From contig OZ024749.1 of the NCBI GenBank assembly GCA_964016885.1, positions 46,996,001 through 47,060,000 on the forward strand: a stretch of DNA of 64,000 bases, written 5' to 3'. This DNA is from Eledone cirrhosa (Eukaryota). Positions 61,158 through 64,000 of this stretch are shown in pieces; within the stretch, counting starts at the first letter, position 1; every line of letters starts with the position of its first letter. A model generated the notes under the pieces. It had not been told where the DNA came from. It did no database searches and saw only the letters and a list, made by a program, of their open reading frames with translations. A program made the position numbers and the translations under genes.

Positions 61158-62379
61158 GAGAAACGTAAGAAAGCTGCATTTCACACAACACATTTAATAC
61201 GTTTCATCTTTGATGGACCATGTTTCCTATTAGATCATTCTATAAAGCCCTGAATCGATTGAGAGATAGCCGTTTCTGACTACCGTATGATTTTTAATAT
61301 CACTGTTACGTTCCATTCTTTAACTTCCCTTCAAAATCCGTTTCATTGTTTGAAGAAAACATTCTCTGCCTGAATTGTTAATGTAGTAGCAGACCCCTAT
61401 AACACATTAAATTGGCTCTCACTCATTGCTTGACAGGCAATTACACGTCTTATATCCTATTCTGACTGCTGTAATAACTGTCGAGATTTATAAGTGTTAT
61501 TTTCTAAGGAGTACCTATGATAATTATAATAAATGATATTTAATGCTCATGGGATGTAAATACTTCTAGGGATATAATGCCGCAGTAGTCATTTTATTGT
61601 CAAGGATTGTCCTCGTACGAAAGGGCAGTAAACAAAATATTAACACTGGACGCACTTATTTTCTTGAAATATTGTATTTGGAATATGAATATATATTAAC
61701 ATTTCAAACAAATTTCAAACTCTTTGTAAAATGTGAATGTTGTAGAATACTGAAAAAAACAGACGAGAAAAGAAACAAAAAATGAAATAATAATACAGCA
61801 CACTATCTATTACATAGGTGGATTCGTTAACATTTAATTAGTCTAATATGTTATTTTCATGTTGTGTCACAATAAATTAATGAAGAAAACTATAGTAATT
61901 ATATGGAAATAAAGAGGAAATATGAGATAAAATCAAAAAACATCAATAATATATTTTAAAAAATAATCACATGAAATTTAAAACTTTACCTCGAAAAACA
62001 AAGCCCGAAAAAATAGCAAAGCAATAAGTTAATAAAGATTGACTACAAAGTATACTGGAGATGAAGGATATAAAAAACTATATAGAGAACACATAATTAC
62101 CGAAATGGATATATTACATTTTTTATGATTATTTCCTTTCAAACTAATAGTTGTTATTTTTCTGAAATATTAATTCAATTGCGGTCTGGGAAATGTAATT
62201 ATCAATATCCAAATTTGAATAGAAGTTGACGTTTTTCTATAAGTGACTTTTATTGTTATTGTCCAACCGTACCGAATGACCAATGATTTATTTTTGAATA
62301 TTTAAAAAAAATCAATATTTACCCGAAACAATTTCCCTCAAGATTAGTTAGCAAACACACACACATATCATATATACAT

Positions 62380-62610
62380 ACAATACGAGAGGTGGAAACA
62401 TAATAGTACCACTGATGATATTGCAGATGTGCAACGAAAGAACTTTGAAAGACCGTTGTTCAATCTGTGATAAACGTTGATTGCCAAATAAATTAACTGT
62501 GGAGATATCAAAGATACAGTAGCGAAAACCAACGAAACAGTGAGTGTGTTCTGTTATTATTTCTGACAATATTATTACAACAATATGACACTCTCCATGC
62601 ATAGCAATAT
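62380..62610 (+). mobile_element. Family E single-arm copy with HHR motif at 62410-62447
   Basis: CA-CTGATGA-T-ATTGCA GATG TGCAAC-GAAA-GAAC-TT-TG; 3' part matches 32455-32540. Confidence 0.7.
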
Positions 62611-63002
62611 ATATATATATATATATAAGTGTATATCAAATTATTTGAGTCAAAAATATATTTCATACAATGACACATATGCTAATAGTGTGAATGCTGA
62701 GGAATATTAATAGCTGCTTACTTCAGGTAGTCCCCACATTTATTCCGATCCGATATTGTAGTGATATAAAATAATTAAAAATCATATCACTGAACTTATC
62801 TATATATTATATATGACTTCATATTGTATATGAGTTTATATAGGCTGTCAGTTCAAGTAAGAGATACGAATAGATCGGGAGAGGGGACGCACTGCTACAT
62901 GCAGTGGCGTTTATATGATGCGCTACAAATCTGTCATATTAGCTAGCGATTGGCTGATAGAATCATGAATCACTTCCAAAATAGGGACATCGGCACATAT
63001 CA

Positions 63003-63488
<486 letters not shown>

Positions 63489-63502
63489 TCTGAATTCGTC
63501 TA

Positions 63503-63730
<228 letters not shown>

Positions 63731-64000
63731 CAACGATGTATATGACTTTCAAAACTTGATGTTTAAAATAAATTATAGCAAAGACTTCTTACTCCGTTTT
63801 GGATTGCCAAAACGCTTTGAATACAAATATCAATTTGTATTTATATTTCATACAATAACATAATTTAAGTGCATTGGCGTTTCTTACACTTAACAAGTTC
63901 AATGTTTCGGCGGAGTTAAGCTATTTAGATTATAATATAATACATAATATATTGACACTAAGCAAACATGTTGCCAAATCTTAAACTCATAACTCAATAA

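Overview
Very AT-rich eukaryotic non-coding DNA, dense in (TA)n, (CA)n and (CT)n microsatellites. A tRNA-derived SINE and the repeat landscape resemble octopus/cephalopod genomes (inference). No host protein-coding gene is supported; nearly all listed ORFs are microsatellite artefacts. The real content is retrotransposon debris: four Penelope-like element (PLE) RT/GIY-YIG remnants, RTE-clade LINE fragments, a probable R4/Dong-like fragment and SINEs. The standout signal is about ten distinct families of type I hammerhead ribozyme (HHR) motifs, folded by eye, several with non-canonical cores (U3:A8 swap, A4, U10.1/U11.1, very long stem II). They sit mostly in head-to-head fold-back insertions within (TA)n tracts, with one arm carrying an extra 3' tail. 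In several cases two different RNAs are joined 5'-to-5' in one tract (PLE plus unrelated HHR element, RTE plus PLE pLTR, inverted RTE). This suggests that both ends of a TA-tract break prime reverse transcription. All coordinates were read manually and may be off by a few bases.
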